A stretch of 63,883 nt of DNA, the filler included, from Octopus bimaculoides (Eukaryota): the NCBI RefSeq assembly GCF_001194135.2. It is 5 parts of 5 records of this genome, joined end to end, with 100 filler letters (N's around TTAATTAATTAA, not from the genome) between each part and the next. Parts side by side here need not be neighbours in the genome. Positions count along the whole stretch, not along the records: positions 35,573 to 51,134 come from NC_069005.1; 4 more parts are not named here. One strand, given 5' to 3'. The notes beneath the pieces were generated by a model, which did not search any database, was not told where the DNA came from, and was given only the letters and a program-made list of their open reading frames with translations. Position numbers and translations under genes: made by a program. This document shows, in pieces, positions 37,551-50,231 of this stretch (positions are counted from its first letter, which is position 1; every line of letters begins with the position of its first letter).

Positions 37551-40229
37551 TATTTTGCATTTTGCATTAATACAGAAGTGTAAGTAATTTATTTATTATT
37601 AAATATAATGATATAAATTATTTACATATTTTTAAGTTACGAAACAATTTGTGGTGATGTTTTACTTCTCTTGTTCTTAAATATAATTTCATCAAACCAT
37701 TTCTCTGTTATTTATGACCTTATGCACTCCTTATCGTTTGCTCTTGTATTATACTCTGATTCTGTACGCTTTGTAGAATGATACACTAAGGAGTTTTTTA
37801 TGAGTACTATCGAATTACTTGAATCTATACATTGTGGCTTATATATATATATATATATATATNNNNNNNNNNNNNNNNNNNNNNNNNNNNNNNNNNNNNN
37901 NNNNNNNNNNNNNNNNNNNNNNNNNNNNNNNNNNNNNNNNNNNNNNNNNNNNNNNNNNNNNNNNNNNNNNNNNNNNNNNNNNNNNNNNNNNNNNNNNNNN
38001 NNNNNNNNNNNNNNNNNNNNNNNNNNNNNNNNNNNNNNNNNNNNNNNNNNNNNNNNNNNNNNNNNNNNNNNNNNNNNNNNNNNNNNNNNNNNNNNNNNNN
38101 NNNNNNNNNNNNNNNNNNNNNNNNNNNNNNNNNNNNNNNNNNNNNNNNNNNNNNNNNNNNNNNNNNNNNNNNNNNNNNNNNNNNNNNNNNNNNNNNNNNN
38201 NNNNNNNNNNNNNNNNNNNNNNNNNNNNNNNNNNNNNNNNNNNNNNNNNNNNNNNNNNNNNNNNNNNNNNNNNNNNNNNNNNNNNNNNNNNNNNNNNNNN
38301 NNNNNNNNNNNNNNNNNNNNNNNNNNNNNNNNNNNNNNNNNNNNNNNNNNNNNNNNNNNNNNNNNNNNNNNNNNNNNNNNNNNNNNNNNNNNNATATATA
38401 TATATATATATAGCAAATAAATAACAAGGATGTCCAGGTATCAGTGCATTGCGGCCGTTTCAAGCGGCTCCATTTAATCGATCAATGAAAACATTACATC
38501 AATTTGAAATAAACCACTCTCCTCTGAGGCAGACGATTATATAGATTCCCAACATAAAGGATAAACTATGATTGTTTTAGCAAATGTTCATCAGTACTAG
38601 AAACTAAAATAATTACATTGTTTCCCTTTACTATTTTTGCGGCAGAAAGAATTTAGGGGTGAAAATGCATACCTAAAGCCCACTATAATCTCGAGTGGCA
38701 GAGGAAAATAATGGGGGTCAAGAAAGAGGAATGGTGGTATAGCTACAATTTTATATATCTTTATCACGTTCATAAGACTTAACACAGTATATTGTCTACA
38801 GCCCCTTAGAATTAAATCCATTGGGAATTGACAGCTAAGTTCTTGTTGGTGGTAATAAATTAATTTACTGGGGCCATATATCCAGCCTTATCTACATAAA
38901 TGGATATGTCTCAGAGTTGCTAATAAGATAATGACAGATAGAGGTGATAACCAGAAGGAGGAAGCACGGGGGTGGCTAAACAAACTATGATTATTAAATA
39001 AAAAGGGGGTATGAATTGGAAAAGAAAAGATGTGACAATGAGTTCTAAGTGTGGGAATTAAAAGTGAGGGTAACGAGGTGTATCCTAACTCAGCAAAATT
39101 TAGAAAAAGATTTTGGAACCATGTAAGAGAAAAAGGATAGATAAATCAACCTAAATCTTAAAAGTGGGGTACTTTAAAAAATGAGAGAAAGTTCATAAAG
39201 CCTTTTCCTAGCATATTGCTAAGGTGGTCATGCTAAAACTATTCAACAATGAACCTATAATTAGATTAAGATATCATCAGAGTAGAAGTACACAGTTTAT
39301 GTTGAATCAAAATCCGAGATTAAAGGCTAAAAAATAAAATAAAATAAATATTTCTATATCGGGTGAGCTTATTTTAAAAACCTTCAAAAAATGTTTTTGT
39401 ATAAAAATTACTAAGATTATGAAAAAAACATGAACGGTCATAAGAAGGTATAAAAATACCACATATATAATGTCATACACACACACACACACACATATAA
39501 AATTTTATAGAATTTATGAAATACATAGTGCAAATATAAATATAAATACTATATTGTATTATATACCATGAGTTTTATGAAGAGAAGTTATAACTCCTCC
39601 ACAATCTATAGAAATTACATCAGTATATATGTAGGTATATAGATATATAAAAATACAATAATATAGTATAAGATAAAAAAACTAAATAAAATAAAATAAA
39701 AATAAATGAAAGACAAAAAATTTTGTGTAAAATTCCAATAAAGGATTTATAAAATGAAAAAATTAAAATAAAGATAAAAATTTTACATTGCGAATGCCAT
39801 TAAAAGTATAACGGATATAAAAAGAGATAAAAAGTTTAAAAAATAAGTATAAGTCAAGGTGTGCATAACACGCACTAATTAAAATATAAATTAAATTAGA
39901 TAAAGATACCATTGGAAATGGTTTAATAAAAAATGTGTAACATATGTTATTATAGACACAGATATGTGTAGAATAATAACAGTTCACATGTGATATCCAA
40001 TGTACTTAAGGGAGGCGTAAGATCTGGTAATCTATTTCAAATATACATATTATAGCGAATAGGGAAGAAAATCCTAGAACCGAAAGGGAATTAATGTGAT
40101 ATAAATATGGGAGGAATGCAGATTAAAAAGATAGGGCTTATAGGTGAGCATTATTACATATATTTCTATACAACAGAGGCTATGTTATGAATAAATTTCT
40201 CTAAATTCTTTCTGCCACAAAAATAGCAT

Positions 40230-41050
40230 AGCAAAGGGAAACAATGTAAATATGCCCCACTCTCTCCGGAAACAGTCCCGCAAGCATAGGATGAATTTGT
40301 TCAGATAAAATGCTTAAATAGTGTTGACTATTAATTCTTCTTTGAAGGGAAACCATTGGGCCAACAGATTTCCAAGATATAGCTCCCCAGATCATCATAG
40401 CTCCTTCTCCATGTTTAACAGTTGTTCGGAAATAAGGTAAAGGATGACTCGTCCAAGAAAATAACATTCTTCCACTGCTCTGGGGACCAATTCTGTAGGT
40501 TTTTACTCCACTCAAATCGCTGTGCAACGTTTGTTCTTGAAAGTTGTGGTTTTCTGATTGCAGCCTTCCCGTGAAATCCGGTTTTGTGCAGCTCCCGACG
40601 AACAGTTTTTGTGGAAACTGGATTCCCGAGATGGTCATTAAGCTCTGCAGTAATCTTGGGAGCTGTACTTTTGTGATCCTTTCTAACAATTCGCGTAAGA
40701 GTCCGACGGTCCCTATCTGAAAGTTTTGGTTTTCTTCCGGAGTTTTGTTTCGACAAGGAGGTTTTTACCTCTTTCTCAAAGGCTGTCATTACTTTCTCGA
40801 GACAGTACTTTTTGATGCACCAGATACTTCGGCTGCTTTCGTTACGCTAGCGCCTGCCATACGAGCACCAAGAATTTGACCTCTTTGAAAGTCCGATAGA
40901 TGTGTCACAGCGGAAATGAGATAGAATGTTAAAACTTAGTACACTCGCACAGCAGAGTTCAAGGTCAAACTGTACCAAGCGACTTAACCCTGCGTACTTT
41001 AGCTTCGTTACTATGGCAACAATCCGGATACTTATTGATCAGCTCTCGTA
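40230..41050 (-). mobile_element. Tc1-like transposon relic with internal deletion
   Basis: SDFQRGQILGARMAGASVTK..., GRKPKLSDRDRR, WKNVIFLDESSF, TVKHGEGAMMIWGAIS; truncated before the second catalytic Asp. Confidence 0.88.
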
Positions 41051-41290
41051 TACATATGTGTGTGTGTGTATGTGTATATCAATGTGTGTGTGTCTTTGTG
41101 TTTGTGTTTGTCCCTCCATCACCACTTGACAACCGGTTTTGGTGTGTTTACGTCCCCGTCAACTAGCGGTTCGGCAAAGACACCGATAGAATAAGTAATA
41201 GGCTTAAGAAATAAGTCTTGGATCAAGGCGGTACTACAGCATGACCACAGTGAAATGACTGACACACGTAAAAGAATAAAAGAATAAAAG
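41050..41290 (+). mobile_element. SINE family A 3' half
   Basis: GTTTGTCCCTCC...TGACAACCGG...TTTACGTCCCCG...GCAAAGACACCGATAGAATAAG. Confidence 0.75.
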
Positions 41291-41296
41291 AAAAGA

Positions 41297-41340
<44 letters not shown>

Positions 41341-41799
41341 TGTATTTGAATATTATGCAAATATTCTTTTAAACAAACTTTTCATTTAATTTTTCCAAAA
41401 TATAATTGTCTTCCATACTCAGAGATGAAAAAGTCTCAATGACTGAAACCGGTAATAAAATGTTTTTTTTATGATAAAATTATTTTAGCATTTTCTACCT
41501 TGACTTACTTTCCTTATATATACACACGAGTATACGCATATATGTTGGCAGATCACAGAAAGGCAGTTATTTGAAATATATTCGTTTTTGTAGCCGCATA
41601 TTCATCTAAAGCAAAACAATGAAATTTCATTCAGTCAAGATCTGGAACAGTTCGAAAACTGTCCTTTTAGGGTGCAAAAATCTTATAACAGGACGCTCAG
41701 CAGATTTCTGATCTAAAATATAAAACAGAGAATAGGAGCTATATGATAATAATTATTCCTCTAATAAGAATTTATAATGCTGCAATGTCGACGTGAGGG

Positions 41800-41960
41800 G
41801 TCAGTAATGAAATACAGTATGATATTTAATACTATATTGTATGATAATATAATATAACATGACATAATATGATGTGATATAATGAAATATAATGTAATGT
41901 AATATAATGTATAACATGGTATAATATATAAAATAATATGATATGATATAATATGAAAGC
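41800..41960. repeat. Degenerate (ATAAT)n pentanucleotide repeat
   Basis: Direct reading. Confidence 0.7.
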
Positions 41961-42224
41961 GATAGCATGTTATAATATAAACAGAATTGTTAAAAATGTA
42001 TGCATGTATACGAATTGAAATAAATATATTTTCTCTTCTCTGATTTTATTATGTTGATGTTAGATAAATATATATCTTTACATAAATATGTTGATAAATA
42101 TGTTTGCATGATTTTTCAGCTATTCATAATTTATAATATTGTTGTTGTGAACTTATTTAGATCTAACTCTCTCGTAATTGCATAGGAAAGACGTTATTTT
42201 CTGAGAAAAGACAACAACAATAAT

Positions 42225-42460
42225 AATATTAGTAATAGTCTTTTCTAATTTTGGAACAAGGCCTGAATTTTTTTTTTTTTTTTTTTTTTTTTGATGTGGA
42301 GGTTGGCAAGTCGATTACAGTGTCGTACTGGTACTTATTTCATCGACCTCCGAAAGGCTAAAAGACAAAGTCGACCTTGGCGGAATTCGAACTCAGAACG
42401 TGATGCATCGTAAGAAATACCGCTAAGTATTTTACAACCGAACTCCCATCTTCCAGCGTG
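42225..42460 (-). mobile_element. SINE family B
   Basis: ACAAGGCCTGAATTT...GGTACTTATTTCATCGACCTCCGAAAGG...GTCGACCTTGGCGGAATTCGAACTCAGAACG. Confidence 0.8.
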
Positions 42461-42464
42461 CAGC

Positions 42465-42790
42465 ATGAAGGCGCGTGGCTAAGTGGTGAGGATATTTGGT
42501 ACATGATCGTAAGGTAGCGGGTTCGATCCCTGGCGGCGCGTTTTGTCCTTGAGTAAGCCACTTTATTTCACATTGGTTCAGTCCACTCAGCTAGCAAAGA
42601 TGAGTAGCTCCTGTATTTCTAAGGGCCTTATCACGTTCTGTGTCACGCTGAACATGCCAGAAAATTAACTACATTAAGGGTACGCGTGTCTGTAAAGAAC
42701 TCAGCCACTTATGTGTTAATTCCACGACCAGGCTGCTGTGTTGATCGGATCACCTGAAACACTCATCATCGCAAATGACGGAGTGTCACT
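42465..42790 (+). mobile_element. tRNA-headed SINE family C-like
   Basis: A box TGGCTAAGTGG, B box GGTTCGATCCC, CCTTGAGTAAGCCACTT...CAGTCCACTCAGCT; tail GTTGATCGGATCA...GACGGAGTGTCA also at 43990-44045. Confidence 0.75.
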
Positions 42791-42899
42791 GTACTATTAG
42801 GATCTAGAGCCGTGTTAGTATATTACATCAGTTTTGCTTTTGCTACGGTGATTGGCTTGTTTCTGCTACTAATTTAAATATTTCATCTGTTATGTTGAG

Positions 42900-43338
42900 T
42901 ACGGGAAGGTGTTGAAAAGTTCCTGGTTTTGGATAAAAGAAAACAGGAGGATCAGTTAATTATGATTTTATTCAACATTTTTCTAAGCCTTGTAAAAGAA
43001 CTTAGAAGGTTGGCCCTCCAACCAGGTCTTCCGCAATACCCTTAATGCTAGGAACTTTTCAGCACCCCTTATATGTGTGTATATATGTATATATATTTTT
43101 ACATGTATTTGTGTATATTCCAGGTGGTGCTGAAAAGTTCCTGGCTTTGGGTAAAAGAAAATACAGGAGGATCAGTTAATTATGATTTTATTCAACATAT
43201 TCCCCTCTCAGATTCATACATTTATTGCAACGGTCCTTCAGTTTTTCTAAGCCCTGTAAAAGAACTCGGAAGGTTGGGCCTCCAACCAAGCCTTTCGCGA
43301 CACCCTTAAAGCCGGGAACTTTTCAGCACCTCCTTGTA
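42900..43338. mobile_element. Mariner-type MITE tandem dimer
   Basis: TIRs (TA)CG..GGTG(T/C)TGAAAAGTTCCTGG / GGAACTTTTCAGCACC..(TA); two units joined by an ~48-bp linker ending TTTGTGTATATTCCA. Confidence 0.82.
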
Positions 43339-43591
43339 TGTACAATGTCTGCTATATTAGTCTGTTAGGTGGTGTTCGTATTTTATATATGTTGTGTGTT
43401 TGGCGCTATGTATTTCAATGCCAGATGGTGATTGTGTAGAATATAGGGTATGTGGCTTGATGTAGTGCTAATGGATTGCAGTTGTGAAGAATGAGAGTTG
43501 TATGAGTTGATGGAATGGCATAGTGTCAGGTGTCGGTAATGTAAGAGTGTGTGTTGTTTTACTTTATTGCTGATCGCGTAGGTCGTGTAAA

Positions 43592-43630
<39 letters not shown>

Positions 43631-44092
43631 GTGTGGGATCTGTTGATGATATAATGTCAGGTATCAGTTTCATTGGAGCGTATGTCGTAATATTTTATAC
43701 AGAGGTTATTGTATAACGAATTTTCTGGTTGCAGAGGGCGTGCTGTTTGGATCATGTTATTTAATTGGACGTGCCTTGCACANNNNNNNNNNNNNNNNNN
43801 NNNNNNNNNNNNNNNNNNNNNNNNNNNNNNNNNNNNNNNNNNNNNNNNNNNNNNNNNNNNNNNNNNNNNNNNNNNNNNNNNNNNNNNNNNNNNNNNNNNN
43901 NNNNNNNNNNNNNNNNNNNNNNNNNNNNNNNNNNNNNNNNNNNNNNNNNNNNNNNNNNNNNNNNNNNNNNNNNNNNNNNNNNNNNNNNNCCGTTGATCGG
44001 ATCAACTGGAACCCTCGACGTCGTAAGCGACGGAGTGTCAACAACAATGAAGTCTGTGTATCACTGTGAGCTCTGGTATGGTTTAAATGTGT

Positions 44093-44135
<43 letters not shown>

Positions 44136-44319
44136 ACACACGGAAGTGTAAATCCAAATCAATGACAAAGAACATGGAGGTGGCTACATCTTCAAATCTT
44201 TCATTTAATTTTAACAGTTAGCTATACAGCATAATTGATCAAAATGACCGACACGGGTTGCTGCTGCATAGAGACTGTGCCGTTGCATATGCAATCCACA
44301 ATATTCTGCAATTGCACCG

Positions 44320-44678
44320 TCGTTCAGGGTCTTTCTACATTCTTTATAATCGTTTTGGGGGTCAGCTTTGTCTGTCCTTCCAGGGTCGATAAAATGCAGT
44401 CGATGTATTCGGCTAAACCCTTCCCCTAAATTTCTGGCATATGCTAGAAATAACATTTGTCTCCGGTCGTTAGAACATCTGAAAAAAAAAATGCCTTGCG
44501 GTGTTCATGTCGGCTCTTTATGTTGACTTCAAATCCCTGTTGAGGTCAACTTTGCTTTTCATCCCTTGGAAGTCGATGAAATAAAGTACCTCTCAAATAG
44601 TATTGACTAATCCTACATCTCCGCTTTAAAATAATTGCTGGCCTTGTGCCTAAATAAGAAACCATCATTATTATTATT
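44320..44678 (+). mobile_element. Two tandem degenerate SINE family B copies
   Basis: GGTCA(G/A)CTTTG...GTCGATAAAAT; the second copy ends CCTTGTGCCTAAATAAGAAACCATC(ATT)n. Confidence 0.7.
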
Positions 44679-44708
44679 GTTGTTGTTGTTGTTGTTGTTG
44701 TTGTAGGG

Positions 44709-44990
44709 AAGCGGTTCCCAAATTTGTTCAGGCTGTGGCTCCCTTGGCACCCCGGCCACATTACTCACACCCCACACCAACTCACTACCACAAACAATAA
44801 ATTCAAAACAACTGTATTTCACAAAATTTAACCTAATTAATCAATTATTAGGGATGGGGAGTTACAGCCATCACATCACCCCCTTTTGGCTACCTCATTA
44901 TCTACCCCCATTTTTCTTCAACGCCCCTTGGATCTTTCCGCCGCCATCAGGGTAGGGTGGGGGCCGTATCGTCCATTTTGGGAACCTCTG
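44709..44990. mobile_element. hAT-type MITE
   Basis: TIRs AAGCGGTTCCCAAA / TTTGGGAACCTCTG; degenerate 8-bp TSD TTGTAGGG / TTGCAGAG. Confidence 0.7.
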
Positions 44991-45071
44991 TTGCAGAGGT
45001 TGGTACTCAGTCTGTGAATATGATCACCGTTAATTGAGAGATCACCCCTCCTACTTTTTATACTCATATCA

Positions 45072-45525
45072 TACGAAGAGGGGCTGAAAAGTTCCTGGCT
45101 TTGAGGAAAAGAAAATACAGGAGGATTAATTATATACAGGGAGTTTAGTCATAATTCTATTGAACATATTCCCCCCTGAGATTCACGAACTTATTGCATC
45201 ACTCCTTCAGTTTTTCTAAGTCTTGTAAAAGAACTAAGAAATTTGGGCCTCCAACCAGGCCTTTCACGATACCCTTAAAGCCAGGAGCTTTTCAACACCC
45301 CCTCATACGTGTGTGTGTATATATGTATATACATTTACACATGTATTTGTGTATATTCCAGACGGTGCTGAAAAGTTTCTGGCTTTGGGTTAAAAAAAAT
45401 ACATGAGGATCAGTTAATTAAGATTTTATTCAACGTATTCTCCTCGCAGATCGACACACTTATTGCAGCGGCCCTTCAGTTTTTCTAAGTCTTGTAAAAG
45501 AACTAAGAAATTTGGGCCTCCAACC
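45072..45525. mobile_element. Mariner-type MITE tandem dimer (same family and linker as 42900-43338), cut by a gap
   Basis: TACGAAGAGGGGCTGAAAAGTTCCTGG...GGAGCTTTTCAACACCCCTCATA, linker ...CATGTATTTGTGTATATTCCA, second unit from 45361. Confidence 0.82.
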
Positions 45526-46639
45526 NNNNNNNNNNNNNNNNNNNNNNNNNNNNNNNNNNNNNNNNNNNNNNNNNNNNNNNNNNNNNNNNNNNNNNNNNNN
45601 NNNNNNNNNNNNNNNNNNNNNNNNNNNNNNNNNNNNNNNNNNNNNNNNNNNNNNNNNNNNNNNNNNNNNNNNNNNNNNNNNNNNNNNNNNNNNNNNNNNN
45701 NNNNNNNNNNNNNNNNNNNNNNNNNNNNNNNNNNNNNNNNNNNNNNNNNNNNNNNNNNNNNNNNNNNNNNNNNNNNNNNNNNNNNNNNNNNNNNNNNNNN
45801 NNNNNNNNNNNNNNNNNNNNNNNNNNNNNNNNNNNNNNNNNNNNNNNNNNNNNNNNNNNNNNNNNNNNNNNNNNNNNNNNNNNNNNNNNNNNNNNNNNNN
45901 NNNNNNNNNNNNNNNNNNNNNNNNNNNNNNNNNNNNNNNNNNNNNNNNNNNNNNNNNNNNNNNNNNNNNNNNNNNNNNNNNNNNNNNNNNNNNNNNNNNN
46001 NNNNNNNNNNNNNNNNNNNNNNNNNNNNNNNNNNNNNNNNNNNNNNNNNNNNNNNNNNNNNNNNNNNNNNNNNNNNNNNNNNNNNNNNNNNNNNNNNNNN
46101 NNNNNNNNNNNNNNNNNNNNNNNNNNNNNNNNNNNNNNNNNNNNNNNNNNNNNNNNNNNNNNNNNNNNNNNNNNNNNNNNNNNNNNNNNNNNNNNNNNNN
46201 NNNNNNNNNNNNNNNNNNNNNNNNNNNNNNNNNNNNNNNNNNNNNNNNNNNNNNNNNNNNNNNNNNNNNNNNNNNNNNNNNNNNNNNNNNNNNNNNNNNN
46301 NNNNNNNNNNNNNNNNNNNNNNNNNNNNNNNNNNNNNNNNNNNNNNNNNNNNNNNNNNNNNNNNNNNNNNNNNNNNNNNNNNNNNNNNNNNNNNNNNNNN
46401 NNNNNNNNNNNNNNNNNNNNNNNNNNNNNNNNNNNNNNNNNNNNNNNNNNNNNNNNNNNNNAGAGAGAGAGAGAGAAAGAGAGAAGTGACTGTTATTACA
46501 GCAAGAAACGAGTAAAAATTGGATTGAGAGAAGTTCCATTTTGTCAGTCTGTTGGTCATTATATATTTATGAAACAATCATCAAATATATATTGACGGAA
46601 CTTGGACAGTGGTGGAACTTTAGAGATGGACGAGGGCGG

Positions 46640-47281
46640 CAGTGGCGGCGGTGGCGGTGGTGGCGGCATAGAAATGATTATGAATAAGTTATCAACATGA
46701 CACTAGGCAAAATTTGGTTCTGTTTCTGATGGTGATGGTGGTGACGGTGGTAATTGTGGTGGTGGTGGTGGTGGTGCAGGTGGTAGTAGTGCTGAGACCG
46801 TAGTCATGTTGTTGTTGTTGTTGTTGTTGATGATGATGGTGGTGGTTGTAGTAATAGTGATGGCGACGGGGTTGCGTGCAGGTGGTAGTGGTGGTATTTA
46901 TTTGTGGTGGTGACGGCGATGATGATGATGATGATGATGCGGTGATGCAGGCAGTAGTGATGGTGGTAGTGGTGGGCGACTGCGTTAGTATAAAACTAGC
47001 AATGGCGTCGACGTGGTGATGACGACGACGACGACGACGACGACGACGATGATGATGATGATGATGATGGTGTTAGTGAGGATGATGATGATTTCGATGG
47101 TGATGATGAAGCTGATGATGAAGATGATGATGATGATGATTTTGATGGTGGTTGCATATTTGCAGCAGTGGTAGTCGTGACGGAAGAAGTAGCGGTGATA
47201 GTCGTAGGAATAATGGTGGTGGTGGTGAAGATAGTAGTAATGGTAGAGGTAGTAGTTGTGGTAACGGTAGTGATGATTGTT

Positions 47282-47316
<35 letters not shown>

Positions 47317-47418
47317 GGTAGTTGGTGGTATCATTATTAGTAATAGCAATGGCGTCGGCGTTGATGTCGGTAGTTATGGAGTTTCTACGGGGTGGGGTGG
47401 GGCAGTAAAAGTAAAAAC

Positions 47419-47456
<38 letters not shown>

Positions 47457-47663
47457 CAGCAGCAGCAGTGTCGACACAGCAAAACAATATCAGGTTATAT
47501 TAGTAAATCGCCATAAATATTAATATAGTTATTAGTGTTAGCAACAGCTGCAATACAACTGTATTGGTGGTAGTGGTTGTGGTGGTGGTGGTGCTGGCGC
47601 TAGTTGTGATGGTGGTGGTGGTGGTGGTGGTGGTGGCGTAGCGGTGGTGGTAGTGACGGCGTA
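46640..47663. repeat. (GGT)/(GAT)/(GTA)/(GAC) trinucleotide mosaic
   Basis: Direct reading; source of the poly-T/S/V/H ORFs. Confidence 0.9.
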
Positions 47664-48221
47664 NNNNNNNNNNNNNNNNNNNNNNNNNNNNNNNNNNNNN
47701 NNNNNNNNNNNNNNNNNNNNNNNNNNNNNNNNNNNNNNNNNNNNNNNNNNNNNNNNNNNNNNNNNNNNNNNNNNNNNNNNNNNNNNNNNNNNNNNNNNNN
47801 NNNNNNNNNNNNNNNNNNNNNNNNNNNNNNNNNNNNNNNNNNNNNNNNNNNNNNNNNNNNNNNNNNNNNNNNNNNNNNNNNNNNNNNNNNNNNNNNNNNN
47901 NNNNNNNNNNNNNNNNNNNNNNNNNNNNNNNNNNNNNNNNNNNNNNNNNNNNNNNNNNNNNNNNNNNNNNNNNNNNNNNNNNNNNNNNNNNNNNNNNNNN
48001 NNNNNNNNNNNNNNNNNNNNNNNNNNNNNNNNNNNNNNNNNNNNNNNNNNNNNNNNNNNNNNNNNNNNNNNNNNNNNNNNNNNNNNNNNNNNNNNNNNNN
48101 NNNNNNNNNNNNNNNNNNNNNNNNNAGAATAAGTACCATTTCAACGCTGGGAGCAATGTAAATTGTCTTACCCCTTCTCCCCCCGAACCTGCTAGTCTCC
48201 TGCCAAAATTTGAAGCCAAAG

Positions 48222-48440
48222 GGCAGCAAGCTGGCAGAATCGTTAGCGCTCCGGCTAAAATGGTTAGCGGTATTTCACCCGTCTTGACGTTCTGAGTTCA
48301 AACTCCGCCGAGGTCGACTTTGTCTTTATCTTTTCGAGGTCGATAAAATAAGTACCAGTTGAATACTGGGGTTGATGTAATTGACTTACCCACTCCTCCG
48401 AAGTTGCTGACCTTGTGTCAAAATTTGAAATCAATACTGT
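48222..48440 (+). mobile_element. SINE family B, near full length
   Basis: GCAAGCTGGCAGAATCGTTAGC...GAGTTCAAACTCCGCCGAGGTCGACTTTG...CCTTGTGTCAAAATTTGAAATC. Confidence 0.85.
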
Positions 48441-49469
48441 ATCATCGGTTGCCTTACTTTTATTAAAGTATCTTATTTTAGATACGATACTTTTTTGAGG
48501 GGTTTTAGAGGGGTTTTAGAGGGGTTTTTAGAGGGGTTTTAATAGTGGGGAAACTGTGTTACGGTTGTTTTGGAGCCCCAGCACAGATCTGATCCAGCAA
48601 GTCCTATGGCTCAAAGCTACTCGACTGATGGATGAGGCGTGCGAGTCCCAAATCCATTTCCCAGTTCTACCATATCTCTTCTTGGTTGAAGCCTATAAAA
48701 CATACCTCGACATGCAGTGATGAATCATATAGGGTGCACCATAACACTCGTGACATATTGAACCCTCACCACTACCCTGTCTATTTCTCTACCCACAAAA
48801 ATTCTGGCGGTGGCTACGTCAGTGACAGGCGAAGTAGTCTCAGTCAGAGTGCGATAGCTGGTATTCTTTCGTACTGATTATTGGTAGTGCACATCACGAC
48901 ACATTGTTTGGGGTTCATGGGTCAGTGATGTTTTAGATATTTCAGTGCGTATGTTTTTATTGCGTAAATTTCTGAGGGGTAAGAACAGTCGATTATATCA
49001 TCAGTTCCAGTAACAGAGTCGAACTTTATCTTACAGACCCCGGAAGAATCAAAGGCAATTTTAATGTATAGTAAATAACATTTCCCTATATATCAATTGC
49101 TGGTAGGGACACTGTGTTTCATTAAGCAACCATAACATACTACCAGGCATATTAAAAGCTGATAAGACAATACTGTGAGTTAGCAGTGCTAATCAATGAC
49201 TTTTTAATGTTATCTCTACAGATTTTCCACAACAATTAGAGCCAGCACTGGAAGTTACCTTTCCCTATATAGCATTTTTCTTACATATTATGTTTTTATG
49301 TTTGTCAGAGTTGGGTAGCAGAGTGAGTATTTCTATACTGCGTACAGAAACTGTGTAACTGTGTTCTGTTCTGGGGTACTTCATATGTCACTGGGTATTT
49401 GTAGTTTTGTTGTTCATGGGAACTAGTGCTGCGGTAAAAAAAAAAACTATGCTTTGTACAGAATAACTC

Positions 49470-49890
49470 TTTCTAATCTTGGTACAAGGTCAGCAATTGT
49501 AGGGATAAGAGTAGTCGATTACATTGACCATAGTATTTGACTATTGACCCCGAAAGGACGAATAGCAAAGACAGAATTTGATCTAAGAACATAGTGTCTG
49601 AAGAAATGCCGCTGAACACTTTGATACGCTAGCGATTTTTACAGGTTGCTGCTTTAATTAATAAAAATAGTAATCCCTCCTAATATAGGCACAAGGCCTG
49701 AAATTTTGGGGGAGCGGGTTAGTCGATTACATCGGTTCCAGTACTTAAATAGTACTTTATTGTATCGCTCTCAAAGGATGAAAGGCAAAGTTGAACTTGG
49801 CAGTATTTGAACCTAGAATATAAAAGATCGGAAGAAATTTCGCTTGGCAGTTTGTCCAGCGCGCTAACGGCTCTGCCAGCACGACGCATT
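49470..49890 (-). mobile_element. Two tandem SINE family B copies
   Basis: GGTACAAGGTC...CCCCGAAAGGACG and GGCACAAGGCCTGAAATTT...GAAAGGCAAAGTTGAAC...CTCTGCCAGC. Confidence 0.75.
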
Positions 49891-50231
49891 CCTTGTAAGA
49901 AATAATGTGGTAAATATTAGTTCGGTTAAAAGTGCAATGTCTCATGTGATACCAATGGATTGTGCTTTAAGTAAACAGAAGCAAAAGTGGACGTGGTTGT
50001 AATCTAATGAAATAGATATTACAGCGGATTGGTTTTTCATTCAGTTAAACGTGTCTTGTTATTTAACATAGCACAAACAACTGATTCTGTCACATGTTGT
50101 TTTTAACGACCGACGTTCTACTGGAAAATTGACCTCATCCTGTCCGGGCGAGAGCTAAGAATCTTTTTTTTCCGTTTCGCATGATATAGCCAAAATGGCT
50201 AACATAATACTAGTTTCCCATTGGTCTAGAT

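Noticed and set aside
38500-39990. Decayed LINE or mitochondrial insertion in the A-rich block
   Set aside because: No recognisable RT, endonuclease or mitochondrial motif.
48632-48877. 81-aa plus-strand ORF
   Set aside because: No domain motif or splice context.
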